Below the pieces are notes generated by a model. It was not told the origin of the DNA and searched no databases. It saw only the letters and a list, made by a program, of their open reading frames with translations. DNA of 64,000 nucleotides from Anthoceros angustus (lineage: Eukaryota; Plantae; Anthocerotophyta): assembly GCA_010909165.1 (NCBI GenBank), contig MU008152.1:558001-622000 (forward strand), read 5' to 3'. Of this stretch, positions 35,760-49,150 are shown in pieces. Every line of letters begins with the position of its first letter. Position 1 is the stretch's first letter. Position numbers and translations under genes: made by a program.

Positions 35760-38700
35760 CCAACCAACTTGTTCACTATCTTCCACCGTCATTCGCTCAT
35801 CTTCCATAATTCTATCGTTGGTACCTCAAATTCGGGCATTACGGGTGACATAGTATATCGAGATAATCTGATGTCTTCTTGTGGTCACCTTCTCCATGAT
35901 CTGAAAGCCCATAGCAGTGTAGCTTGGTATCCCCAGTCATACATATGAGGCACTTTTATCAAAATGTTGCATAGTAACCCATTTGTCTTCTCCGTGAGTC
36001 CGTTGGCTTCGGGTTGTAAGGCGTAGTCTTCTGTCGAATGTTGAAATAAGCGATCCACAGACTCGATTATCTTTGTTGAAATCGTCCCTCGATCGCTAAC
36101 AAGTTCCGGTGGGCATCCATACCTTGTGATAATCCGTTCAAACAAAAACTTGGCGGCGGTGGGCGCATCATCCTTCCTGTCTGCCTCGACCATCTTTGTG
36201 CGATGTCTGCAGCACTGTATCCGTCGGTTGGTGGTCGAATAGGTCCCACAAAATCAATTCCCCATTTTCAAAAGGTGCGGTGGTAGGATGTCGTTAGAGA
36301 AGGGTCGTCGGCGTGGGCCTCCCGTTCGTGACAAGCATCACAACTCGATGAATAACCATACATCTCTATACATGTATCACCAAAACCTCGGTTAGAATCT
36401 TCTTTGTTGTGATTGTGGCGGAATAGTGTCCTCCTGCTTCCTCGTGTGTGCAAGGCTTCTATCACCATGGCTTTCTCATCCCCTCAAACATCTTGAATCA
36501 CCTCATCCCCAATTTGTACAATACTCCCTTGCGATGCAATATGGTGCCATACATGTATGAATAACTCCTTCCTTGATAATCCACGGCAACTCCCCATGCT
36601 CTAAATACCTCGACCTCGGCGTTGATGAGTGTCGGACACGCCGCCCCTCACTGCTTCTCTTACGGTCACGGGGTTTACGTCGCGTTGCGTAGTCCTTGGT
36701 CTGTGGCGTCCCCTCCGGTTCTCGATCTCGCGATATCCGGAGAGTCCCAGCTCGCCGTTTCTCGATCCGTCCTTCTGCGGTGCCTCCCGCGTCTTTCGAT
36801 CATGCTTTCGTACGGCTACCAACTCCTCATCCGGGAACTTATCGTTCGGTGGTGACGCTTCCCTTCATTCGTGGTAGAAATGAAGTCGTTCACATGTTGC
36901 TTCAGCCCGTGTTTCCACCTCATAATAATTCCAGAATGCTTGATCCATCCGCGATTCGTCCGGATAGATCGGGTTTGTTCACCAAGTACTTCAATGCGAA
37001 ATGGTCCACATGGAACACAACTTTGCAAGCCGAGATAGTGTCGAAATTTCTTGCGAGAATAGATGATGCCAAGCTTCTCTTTCGATCGTGGAGTAGTTCC
37101 GTTACGCATCCGAAAGTTGGCGTCTGCATAGAAGATCGGCCTATCATGCTTCTTTCCATCACGTTGACTCGGGATGGCCCCTATGGCATAGTGATACATC
37201 CACAAAGACATGAAAAGGTTCTTCCCGGTTGGGGGTTGCAACATCGGTGCCCCAAGCTCTTTTCAAACTTAGGGCGCTTCACCGGCCGTCCTCAAAAGGA
37301 ACATCTTTCTTGAGTTGCGTGAGAGGTCGCCTTCTTTGCAAAATCAATGATGAATCTCTGTAGTATCCCACTAAGCCGATGAAGGCTCGAACTTGCCTTA
37401 CCGTTTGGAGCATCCATCTCGTGATGACTACGACCTTTTCCTATCCACCTCAAACCTCGCTTGAAACACGATGTGCAGGATTCCTTGTCATTCGAAATAA
37501 CATTTGCTTGGGTGCAACTTCAAATTGGTTTCTCTACATACGTAAACCTTTTGGCGAAGATGTCCCAAGTCGCTTCTCTTCCCAAACACACAAAAGTCAT
37601 CCGAAATACTTCCATGAATTTCCTCGGTACTCTCGGAAAATGGTATTCACTACTCTACGAAGGTGGCGGGGCATTGCAAAGACCAAAGGGTAATTTGGCA
37701 TATGCGTCCCCAATCGATGGTAACGTTGTTTTGTCTGATCTTCCTTTCTCGAGTGATCGATTGTATCCACGAATACCCGTCTAAGCACATCTCATGCCTG
37801 CGACCGTGTCCAATACACTATCCATAAGCGGCAAGGGTGATGGTCTTTCTTAGTTGCCTCATTCAACTTCACGAAATCTGAGACCGAACTTTCCCTGCTT
37901 CTTAGGCACAATCACAATCGGTGCCACCCATTCGCTTGTGTACGGATAGATTACTCCGCCTCCGGAATCTTGATCCAATTGCTCCTTCACCACTAGAATA
38001 CTTTGGATTGAGTCGACATGCTTGATCCTCACGGGTCGCTCCTTCCTTCAAGTCGATTCGGTGCACTCCCAACTCCTCGGTATCGGTCATTTCGGTTACC
38101 TTGAGCGCGAAACAATCTATGTATTCCAACAACTGATGGAGTTGTTTCTTCTCTTTGTTCGCGGATGCACATACCATGACTTCTTCCGAGGGGCCAGCTC
38201 CATTTCCTCTAAGGCTCGGATCCTTTGGTCCGTCCGGACAACTTCCGTAATGCGTTCCTTCATCCGGAAAATCTTCATTGTCGGCTTTCTTTATCCAAGG
38301 ATGCTTCTCCGTCCCTTCTCCATTGTACTCGATTCTTCTTCTATCTCGACTTGGAAGCGTCAACAAGCAGCAGGACAATACGTTTGATCATCGATCGAAG
38401 AATTTTCCTTGCTCCTCGTCTTCTCCTCCCCAACCTCGGAGGTGTACTCCTCGGTGAGGATTCCGTTTCCCCTTCATAGGTTTCCTTGCTCCGGCTCACG
38501 AGGCATGAGCCAGCGGCATGCCCTTGAGCGATCTGAAAGTAATTTCCTTCTTCCCAATCAAGCGGCTTTCTTGCCGTATAGCCATGGCCTCCCTATCAAC
38601 ACTTGATACCCCGGGTCGGACTGGTCGCATGACCACATAAGTCAAAGGAAAACAATGCCTCCAATGTTAGTGGGTATCGCAAGTACCCCGGTCAGTGTGG

Positions 38701-41360
38701 CGTCGATCCGCCATTCGAAGAATGGTGCGTGTCCTCGAACTTGGTGTATCCTAGTTTGCTGGCGTTTCTTCCATCATCAGTTAACCTGAGCCGGAGTCGA
38801 TGGTACCGCCTTATCAAGCATCCGTTCACTTGACCGATATTTCCGCACCCAAATCCATGAGTTCCACAACTCGTACATCCGTAGTCGTTTCGGTTTCGAC
38901 ATTGAGTCCCTTTCATCGCTTCTCGCATCATCGTCGATACTTGGGGTTGTCGGACAAGAGTTGTCGAAATGTCACAAGGAATTCTTGATCCAACGAAGTG
39001 CAAAGCGGTGACCTTCTCGGTGAGAGGGTCTTCTCCTCGGCGATTACTTCTTCTTGGTAACCCTCCATCTTTTGTCATCACTCCTCTGGACCCATGGTTT
39101 ACGGGGTGCATGTTTCTTTTCTTAGTGAGTTTTAATTCGGCATCGAGCATGCCACCTCTGGCGATGTCGGTCGGTGAAGCCTTTGGACCGCCCTCCTCGG
39201 CCCCGGTCTCTGGCCGTTTCTTCATCTCTCGATGTCACTTCCTCGGCATTCTTCTTTTCTTTCGGATTCCGCCCATCTCCGAACTTCCAATTTCGAGCAT
39301 TCCCCTTGTCGTTGGTGTCGTCCCTCCTTCCGTCTCGACCGAGTGGCGACGTGTGCGACCAACTCGTCTTCTCCGGAGATATGCGAGTCCACTTCCTGCA
39401 CTTCCAACCACTCGCCTCCTTGCTCCTCTCCCCAGCGTTCGCCGTCTTCTACTTCCACACCTGGGGTGGGCACAGAGAGGCATCTGGTTTGGTGGAATCT
39501 CTCTGTCACCCAGGTTAGCGAATCGTACCCACAGTGCAGCGAGAATGGTCTTGGGCCCGTACATCTTGCATCTCCGCTATATGACTGGCGCCTTGCAAAC
39601 TACGAAGGGGTGTACCCAATCTGTCGCCTTAGTTGGACATGCATTCGCATAATGATCGCGCTACGGTTGTAACAATGGCCGGTACATTACAGGGTCGTTG
39701 AGAGGATTCGTCGCCATTGATTCGCGATTGCCTTGGACCATACCTCATCCTTTGGGTGATCTTGGGGTTGATAGGTGGCTCTCATGGATTGAGGCGGTCG
39801 AGCTCACATCACGGCACGCATCGATACACCTCCTCTCACGAATAGTATGGGTCTAGATCGTACTCCACGATTGACCCATCGTGTCTTGAGACGGCATTCA
39901 CGTGCGTATGGCTGGTGATGACAATTGCTACAAAGACTTGCTGCCGGGTAGGGAAGGAGATCGTCGCGTCGGTCGATTCTTGACTAATTTGATCTCGATG
40001 TACGGTTTCATCACGTCTTCCAAATTGTCTTGGTGGGCGACCTTCCATTCGTTTCCCTTTTCCCTTCTCTGAAACCTTCGTGGCGTTTCTCTTGTCTCTC
40101 TCCTTCTTCTTCAGCAAATGTTCCAAGTCTTTTTTCACTCGCTTATGATGTGCTTCTTCCGATTCGCTATCATCCGTCCGGATGTTGAATTCTCTTGAGA
40201 TGATGATGGTTCCGGAGTGTCTTGTCGATTCTTGACGAACTTGAAGGCGATGTCTCTTCCTTTCTTCCTCTTGCCACTCGCTTTCTTCCGTCTTCTCCTC
40301 CGGTAGGCGGCCTCCCATGCTTGTGCTCGAATGCCTTCCTCAAGGTATCATTGCCCTGCGGTGAATCTCCATCTTCGTGGTAGTCCACAGACGAACCAAT
40401 CCAACGCTTGTTCTTCCGAATCGCTTGTGATTCTCCTCCGTGTTGTCCACTCTCGGGTATCTTCTCCAGAAAACCGTTCCACATAATCGAGCAAGGATTC
40501 TTTCTTCTTTCGCTTGTCACAGTTTTGTTAACACATGGGTAGTGTGGCTCAAACCGAACGAATAAGGAAATCAGCCATGCAATGGTGGGTGGGGTAGAGA
40601 ACTTCGGCATACCATTGTTGCGGTCCCGCCGATCTGGAAAAATCCATTACCCGATCGAGGAATCCTCGATGTTAGCCCTCGAGATGGATTGAAAAGTTTT
40701 ACAAAACTTTCGGCATCGATGTCGTCCTCCTTCTTGGATCCAAATTTGGGATATGGGGCTTGTGTGCGGGTGATGGGGCTTGCTCCTCGTCTTGGCTCCT
40801 CCCGCTCCGCTCATGGCTATGGGCAAAGGTGTCGATCTTGTCATGAGCCGGGTCTCACTGCAGTAAGTGAGAAACTCGGGCAGCTCTTGCTCGTGGGTTG
40901 TGGACTTGATTGTGTCTTGGCTCGGCTCCCACAATTCTTGCTTCTTCTCTCGCGCCTCGCGCTTACATTCAACTTCCGCTGTCGAGCCAAATGATCGAGA
41001 TATTGTCGATTGTAAGTGTCCCAATCCTTGCTCCCTGCTGATGCGATCAACGCCGCCCGTATGGCTGCCTCCCGAGCCCTCTCGGTAACAAATTCAGCGT
41101 GTCGCTCGTTGACTCCTCGGAGATGATCTCACAAACAAGGCGTTTTCGTCGGGCTCGAGTCGAAAAATCTTCTAAGGTGTCGATTAGAAGAGGATGCAGT
41201 GCGTTCGGACGGGTGGCGGCGGACCACCTACTTCCCTCGAGTCCTTCACACCGTTCGTGGGTGATACTAACTCCAGTCGTGACTCTCGAAGGGTTCGCAA
41301 AGAAATGAGCTCGGCCTCCGTTCTTGGTTCCTCTGTCTTCTTGATGTTCCAAAGTACCAC
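35760..41360 (-). pseudogene. gag-pol: gag-pol, copy 2, heavily frameshifted
   Basis: Collinear with copy 1: AAKFLFERIITRYGCP..LVSDRG, HVDHFALKYLVNKPDLSGRIA and TIDSGS (~38800). Confidence 0.9.
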
Positions 41361-41660
41361 GGCTCCCGTCCGTGGGGTAGGCGCTGTCGGACCTTTCTCT
41401 GCAAAACAATCGAGACAACCTAGCGTGGTGGCGGTGTTGTGCGTCTTCCTCGGCGCGAGCTTCCGCTTCCGCTGTTACACCTCCACTCTAGCCGATGGCT
41501 ACGGCTAACCTCTCGGGATTGCCTCTATCCGCGTCGATACTCATCCCCGCCCCTTTCGCGCGAGTTGAAAGGGGGTTGATGCAATGTCCCGTTTACTCCC
41601 TCTATCGTCATTCACTCACACACAATCCTCAAGCAGCCGTCCCGACAGCAGCGCCAAAAA

Positions 41661-44600
41661 TGTGGTAGGTTTGCCTCGGTCACCGGAGCTCGCCTCGGTG
41701 GCCACACTTATCCGTCGTTGAATACGTAGGTTCGATCCCAAGAGATTTGGTTCGGATTGTTTGCAGTCGTTCCTCTCACTCTCTCACTCTCGTCGCCGGT
41801 CTACTTGTCCTCGCAGGGCAACAAGCGGTGTTATGCGTTTGGGTTGCTCGGCCCCAGGCGCGCTCCACGCCTTCGAGATTCCCTCCACCTCAACACTCTC
41901 CTGCCAACTACAACGATCAATTCACTCTACTGGACACACCCATAGCCAACCTCTTCACCATTCTCAAACATAGCTCACGGACCACCACATAGACTCACTT
42001 CATTCGATCCCCAAATCTAACTCTACCAGCGTTCGGTTGCGCGCCTCCCTTGCTGGCTGCACAGGGGTGGCTAGCTGGGTATTTCTCTCGGGCGATTGCG
42101 TACGAACACAGCGGCGTGGTAGCGCCGATCCACCGGGGCCACCCAACACAAAGCACATCCAACAACAATCTTTCACGAGAGGAGGAGCTGCGTTGGCGAA
42201 CCCCACCGCGAGGGCCTCACGAACCCACCCTTCGCCTTCTCGTCGCTTGGCGCGGCGGTCAGCACACACACAAAGGGATGCCGGGAGGCGAAGAATGCAT
42301 GACAAAGCAAGGTCTTGTTTATTCATTCTTCCACCCTCCCTTTTATAGAGTCGCCACTCGTGCTAGTTTAATGCTAGGCGACTTGCCAAGTCCAACAATA
42401 GGACTCTTGTCGGCCCCTTGATTCGTCCTCTCGGCTCGATCCGGCTCACCTTGACGAATATCCTGCTCATCTATCTGCCGCCACTCTTAAATACTCACAC
42501 TTCCCAAGGTGTGCACCACTTGGGACAAAACGTCCTCTTGAAAAGGTCCTCGACATCCGTTGTTGCTTTTTTGCCTCGCAGCTTCAATGTCTTCCCCTTC
42601 GATGGGTCGCTTAGCCTTGCCCACCTCCAGGGAGTCTTCTCCAGGACTCTGCCGGGTAGCACTGCCTACGTCAGCCCCCTCAGCTGGTAGGTCTTCCACT
42701 GTGGTAGGAGGTTCCATTCCTCCTACTCGTTCATCCTCAGTAGGTTCCTCCCCTACTGTTCTCGTCTTCTTGGTAGGCGGTTCGTCTCCTACCTCTGTTT
42801 CAGACCTTGCTATGGGGGTACCTTCCCTCACAGCCTGGGTTTCGTAGACCGGAGGTACCCTTCCTTCCGGGGTCACCTCCTCCTCTTCAACAGTTCCTAC
42901 CTGAGTAGGAACTTTGGTAGGTACCATCCTACCATCAGTCTCTTCCTCCCCGCTTGATAGCTCCACCGTCTCGGGAGGTTCCACTGGCGTCGCCGTAGGT
43001 GCTTCTTGACTCGCTCGCTCGGCTATGTCCTGACTGCTTTCCTTGTACCAACTCAAAGTTTGACCTCCGTTTTCTTCCACCAAGCGTCGAGCGTGAGGTC
43101 TGCTTTCTTCGTCTTCCTCGTAGCGTTCCTCAATCGCTTCTAGGAGGTTGTTGTAGTAGGTCGCCACCCTACCACTCTCCTTCTTTTGTCGTCCATGATG
43201 CGGACCCTTAGTGGGATGACCTTTTCGTCCCACGATTTGTCACTCCTACCAATGCGGCCTCTTTCTCCACTACTCTCCAACTCAGGCAAGCCTCCCAATC
43301 TCCTTATCTTTCTCCATGGCTTCCATCGCCATGCGTTTCACTATAAGATCGCTCCTTGCTCCTCGAATGACCAAGACCCTCCAAAGATCGTTGGGCCATC
43401 AAAACTTCCTTCCGTTCCTTGCCTCCGTTTCATAGGCGTGGGTAAGGTCGGCCTTCTTCGTTCTTTGCTCCAAAAGTTCTCTCGTGTCTGAAGCTCCTCT
43501 TTGTGACCCTTAGTCACATTGTCCCATCCTTGTCGTTCCTTCACCAAGGTCGTATTTTCCCTTGTAATGCTCCTTCCGTTGCTCCATGGCAACTTCTTCT
43601 TCGTAGGAGGTCCTTCTCGTCTTCAAGGTCCGGCCTTGCTATGAATCTGCCTCCTCCTTGCTCGATGTGTCCTACCCTTGCTAGGGTAGCTTCCAACTTC
43701 CTTCCGCCTCCTTCTGGCGGTTTCCAACTCCTCGACCCTCTTGGCTGATTTTGCCTCTGTCCTAAGACACGGTCAATCATTTCCCACACATTCACCAACT
43801 TGGTGGTCATCTGTCGCTCTTTGGCGGATCTAGCAGTGTTGCTTCTCGGAGGTGGTTTTGAGCTCCTCTCAATTTCTTCTCGGCATCCTCCGGCTCCTTT
43901 CGTAGGTCTCGAAGTTCGGACGAACTTGGCCACCTCCCCACGGTCCACTAGGGCGTCCATAGATCCTGCGCCCACTTCCTTCACTCCAGAACTACCCTCA
44001 CAGGGATGCGTTCTCGAACACTTCCTCCTTCCGCCTCCTCCTTTGGTCGTAGGAACATGCTCATAACCTCCTCGGCGTTCTTCTCCGTCACCTGCCTCAA
44101 GTCTTGTTACTACTTCTTCGGTAGGAGGTAAAGCTCCTACCGTAGGTCCTCCGTCCTCCCTGGGTCCTACCGTAGGGGGTTCACTCCCTACCACTGGTGT
44201 TGTCGGCCTTCCAATCCTCAACCCTCTGGTAGGTGGTCTCGTATCCTTTCCTCCTTCCTCCGTAGGAGGTGCTTCTATGGCCTTCTTCCCTTTCTCTTGT
44301 TGGGTTCCTGATCCTGAGGCCTCATGTTGGTTCGCGGGGCGTGGCGGTCTCTTGCCCAGGGGCCTCTGTCCTGTCTCTTCATCCTCTGGGGCCAGCGATG
44401 GCTCCCCCTCCGCTACCCTTACCAGAGTAGCTTCTATCTTGGCTTCTTCCACTCGTCATGTAAGAACCTCCTCCCCTCGATATAGGTGTACGAGGAAGGT
44501 AGAGACAAAGCGATTCTTGCTCCTCCATCACCAAATGGTTTGTGCGCGCTTCATCTGAATGGTGGCCCAATCCACCAACTTCCCCGAGACATCTCATACA

Positions 44601-46025
44601 TCATCATTAAATGGGAATTTCCAGTCGTCTTCCTCGCCGCGCCGTTAGTCCCAGCCATATCTTGGCGAATAAATTCCACTTCCGCTCCTTGAACAAAGAG
44701 ATCCTCCAGCCATTGCCTTGCGACCATACTTCCTCCTTTGGTCGTAGGAACATGCTCATAACCTCCTCGGGATCGATTCTTGGAGGCGCGAATGATCCCT
44801 CCCTTGTGGGCTTCCGGTATCAAATCGTATCCGGAAATGCCGTACCTTCCACATCCCGGGATGACTTGATGTCGCATCCTCAGGCGGCGTCCGCCTTGGT
44901 CACTCTCATTCGTCGCGCACACTCGAACCAAGGCGGGGCTCAAAGTGCCACCAGGTACCAAATCTGACCATTCCATCTTCATCTCGGGCGTGGCTCGAGC
45001 GCCTCAAATCTCGAGGTGAAATTTGGGCGGCCTACACTCGAACTTCGGGGTGGGTGTTTCTTACCTTTTCCCTTGTGGGCGGTGTGGCGGAGGTTTCCTC
45101 CCGTGGGAGTACCCCGTTCCCGTCCTCACTATCTTTACCATCCGCAGGGAGCACACACAAGGATAGCAAAATTGGAGAGATTGGAGTAATCTATCGGGCT
45201 AAGAGAGAGAGCAAAGAGGTGGTGGTTTGGGTGAGCAGCAAGGGGAGTTCTTCCGCCTCCTCGGCGATCGCCTCAACGCAACCACTAAGAGGTGGCCTTG
45301 GCCCCTTCAATCTCCCTCCAGAACTTCTCCACCTTGCTCGCCTTTTTGGCGTCGGTAGCCTTCTTGCTCACCCCTCGGCGCCTCTACACAATCGCCTCCG
45401 CTCGAGCACCTCCACTCGCCTTGCGGATCCCTCCGAACTCCTTTCCAATCGCTCATGCCCAGCTAGCTCCGCCTCCTCCTCCTTCCTCCGCTCCTTGAAC
45501 AAAGAGATCCTCCAGCCATTGCCTTGCGACCATACTTCTTCCTTCCTTCTTGAGCGCAACTCCACCTCCCCTGGGCGCCCGACTGCGGTTCGCTGGCGTT
45601 CAAAACCACAGCTAACGAGTTTGCGGTACATGCAAATCGCCTTAATGGCGCTCCTCACGATGGTTGTGTCCGGTTCAAAACTCCACGTAGCCATTTTCCA
45701 TCTACAACTTAACTAGCCCTTTTTGGCATATATAGCCATGCAGAACCTAAATAATTCAAGGCCAAGGAACTTCCTATCCCGAATATTCCTACTCCCCATG
45801 GTCCAAGGAACTTTGGAACCTATCATGCCTATATATGCTTCTATCTACCCATACTTTCTACCCGATCGAACCTCCTACGACGCCTGATTCTTAAGTCCCG
45901 AACTCCCTGACGTCCTACCATCTTCCTACTTGTTCTATCGACCTACCTACTACCTACGCCTCGAACCACGATTCATCCTTCAAGGTCTCCGCGCGTCTTG
46001 GGTGACCAAAATTCTTCGTTCCACA
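41661..46025 (-). repeat. 5' LTR (4365 bp)
   Basis: tgtggtagg...ttcgttccaca followed by the TSD gtcat. The PBS is adjacent at 41640-41655. Confidence 0.9.
42487..45141 (-). pseudogene. LTR-internal ORF, copy 3 (2655 nt from ATG to stop)
   Basis: Longest surviving frames are 44551..44982, 43541..44452 (303 aa) and 42487..43233 (248 aa). N-terminal globular-looking part, then E/R/G/P/T-rich and coiled-coil-like segments. Confidence 0.7.
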
Positions 46026-46668
46026 GTCATGCTCCAGTTGCCCTTACCATTCGTGAATCCTCACAACGCCCCGTTAAGCTGTGGATGCTTGTGACCATGC
46101 ACTCGACAAAGAATAAGAATCGGATAGGCGGTCGTCGTAAACTAAAGATGCTCGCCCTCTCAATCCAACTTCTATGGTTCTGATGAATTGAGAGTGCAGA
46201 AAACTTCACCCATCACGCGCCAACTTCACTTCCCGCATGAGGTTGCGATGCGGTGATTGTCGCTTGCTCCCTCGTTCACCTATTCTCCTTCATAAGCTCG
46301 TATTGCTCGAGTTGCGGATGCGCATGTGTTGGACGCTATCAACCACCCTCCTATATCAATCTGCGAGTACTCTGCTTTTTGTTGGGACTCGAACTCAACT
46401 GAGACCAGCCCGTTTCTGTGCACACCTCTGTCCACTCCGCACAGTTTGCATGCACAACCTACCTACACGAAATCGTACGAAACTAGAAACCTCATCTCCA
46501 CACCCCCTCCCCCCCGCTTACAAATTCGCCACAAAAATCCTTCTACACTCATCTCCGTGCTACACCGCTATCGCCCCATACTCTCACAAACGCCCCTAAA
46601 CTCCTCACGCTCTCACGCATCTATATTGCCTGCATGAATCATAAACGGGCTTTATACGCCTGATAACC

Positions 46669-47208
46669 CTAACGACACTCAGTTTGGGAACCCGCATCGG
46701 TGGCATGCCGTACGTTTGGCCCCCCAGCCTTTTGACTTGCTTGTTGTGCGATGCACCGGTGACAAAACCATTCACCTTCCGGAATCGCCTTGAGTGGTGG
46801 CCGTAAGCAAAACACATGATAACCTTCATTACACTTGTCACACGGATCTATGACATGACCGCAAAATTCACAGGGTAGGTCAATTGGCGACTTCCACGCC
46901 TGCGGTTGTGTCCTCGTGTAAAGGTTGGGAAGGTGGCAAGGTGCCAAGTGACGCATGTGCCCTTTGCATTGGCATCCATCCTTGCCTTCCAACTCAATCA
47001 CTCCTTGTTCGCCGACGTTTACAACCCGCAAAATCAAACGCCCTATGTTTACATCCAAAGTACCAGAAGGTCGATGTTGCAAGCATATGAAGTCACCCAC
47101 TTCAAACTTTCTTGCCTTGGGTTTCCATGAACCCCCTCTCGTGAACGCATACCTGAGCTGATCCTGGTGTAATGCGATGGCCAAGTTGTCCATCACCATC
47201 GGGATCAT
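46669..47208 (-). pseudogene. Integrase C-terminus with a GPY/F-type region and a PHD finger
   Basis: FEVGDFICL..LRVV..GVIELEGKDG, followed by CEFC-x6-CDKCNEGYHVFCLRPPLKAIPEGEWFCHRC (C4HC3). Confidence 0.85.
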
Positions 47209-49150
47209 ATGTTGAAGTAGCTTGGCTCTTTTCTATAGTTCCGAGAAGCATTCCTCTGGATCCTGTGCCCAATCCACAGGTCTGGAATAGGTATCCGCCA
47301 CAATATTTGGCAACGAGGCATTCCTGCCAAACATGTAGTATGGGCTAAAATCACCCAGTGCCGCTTGCACACTGATTTTGTATCCCAATGAAACATATGG
47401 CAACAACTCATCCCAGCAACTGCGTTCAACCTCCGTACAATACTTGCGAAGAGAATCTTTGAAAGTCTGAGATAGCCGTTCCGCCAAGCCATCAGCTTGA
47501 GGATGGTCTCGAGATGTGCGTCTGTGGTCTATCAAACTTCTGTCTAACAGTGCTTGAAATTCACCCCGAAATTCATTGCCTTGATCAATTAATACTTCGG
47601 CACAACTCCCATACCTGCTGAGAACACATTGCAGAAATCCTCGAGCCGTACACTGTGAGGTTCTGACCGGAAGAAAAGCCAACTCTACCCATTTCGAGAA
47701 GTTTTCTATCATCAACATGCAGTGCTTGTTACCCTGTCTTGTCACCGGCAACTCAGGCATCAAATCAACGGACCATCTAAAGAAAAGTCCCCTAATGGGC
47801 AGCGAGTGCAACACCACATCCTGGCTGTTAAATCTTGCTTTCACCGCATAAGATCTGGCCACCACTTGTTCAACGTCAGTATACATGCCTGACTAGAAGT
47901 ATGCATTTTTCAGCATATGATGTGTTCGTTTCACACCAAAATGCCTTGGCGTTCTATGCATCTTGGTCACCAATTGCTTCCTTTCTTCCACAGGTGGTAC
48001 CTCCTTGCTTACCCCACGATCGGCCCCGAACACCTTACCAGCAATGAGTATAACGAGCAATACTTCGTTGGAGCTTCTGAAGCGCTGCCACATCCAAACC
48101 GGCCACATGTCTGTCTCTTAGCAACTGCATGGCCTGCTCGTGCTTCCATATGTCTCGTCCACCCTCAGCAAGTTGTCCTTCACTTTCTTGCTCCATGGAC
48201 AGCAGCGCTATATATAAGTGGATACATTCTGAGTGAATTTGAAATCTTGTCGTGCCCCAGTTACATCCCCTTTATTGCACACTGGGTTCCTGCTGAGTCC
48301 GTCAGCGTTGAGATGTACCGTACCTGCTTGGTGTATAATCTGCATATCATACTCTGAGAGTAAAAGTGCCCATCCGGCAAGCTTTCCGCTTAGTTTCATG
48401 TTCGTCATCAGCTAGTGCAATGGCTGATGATCAGTAACAACCTGAAAACTTTGACCAAACAAGTACACTTTGAAATGCACACCAAGACGTCATCAATGTA
48501 GCATCTTACAAATGATAGCCCCTGTAATTCTAAATCAGCTACCCGTTGAAAATATATGGATGCATTCTTTAGGCCAAACGACATTGTTTTCCACTCCCAA
48601 AGCTGTTCCTTGCCCATAATGCTGTCTTACATTTTTCTCCTTCCTCAATGACAATTTGATTGAAGCCAGACTGAAAATCCAACGTGGTGAAGTACTTGGC
48701 CTCCCCAATTGCATCAAAAATCTCGTCAGGAGTGGGCATGGGGTATCGTTCCATGGGTGTCACTTCATTTAGGGCACGGTAATCTCCACACATTTGCCTG
48801 TCCTTCCATTCACCATTTTCGTCCTTCTTGAGTGGCAACATAGTGGCTACATCATATTGAGAACTCGAATTCCGATCAGCCCAGCTACAGCCAGCTCCTT
48901 GCATCGTTTATCCACGATATCCCATTCCATGGGGCTCAACTTTTGTCTCCTCCTGAATACAGGCTCATTAGTGGTGGTTATGATCTTGAACTTTATATGG
49001 TCATATCGCCCCAGTTTGTCCCAATTGAATGCAAAGGTGTTTCGATTTCTTTGAAGCATGTCCCGGATCCTTTGCTAGTTGGCCTCATCTAACTCTTCGC
49101 ATATTTGCCAGCCGTGTACCGGGTTCATGTTATTTCCGCCTTGCTGTTGA
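47209..49150 (-). pseudogene. pol: Ty3/Gypsy pol (RT, partial RNase H, integrase core) of a second family
   Basis: MCGDYRALN..YPMP..YFTTLDFQSGFNQI, MSFGLKNA, YIDDVL, KLAGWALLLSEYD..HLNADGLSR, FRWSVDL..IENFSKWVE..DQGNEF..HPQADGLAER. Confidence 0.92.

Larger units (their letters stand above)
30900..35760 (-). repeat. Shared middle LTR, expanded by a 41-bp array and missing its outer end
   Basis: Collinear with 20135-24545. After gtgaccaaaattcttc it jumps to sequence matching ~24862, so the LTR end, the PPT and the integrase tail are absent. Confidence 0.8.
20135..46025 (-). mobile_element. Ty3/Gypsy non-chromovirus tandem array with three LTRs and a GTCAT TSD
   Basis: Starts TGTGG (20135) and ends CCACA (46025). 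gtcat at 20130-20134 and 46026-46030. Unit period about 10.76 kb (20135, 30900, 41661). PR-RT-RH-IN order, with no chromodomain or archaeal RNase H seen. Confidence 0.9.

Noticed and set aside
35010-35948. Three long overlapping ORFs (224-312 aa), and a possible CRISPR array
   Set aside because: They are translations of a stop-free 41-bp tandem repeat. There are no spacers and no cas genes.
20700-45716. Numerous + strand Ser/Leu/Pro-rich ORFs
   Set aside because: They are antisense shadows of the purine-rich minus-strand ORFs and are not conserved in extent among copies.
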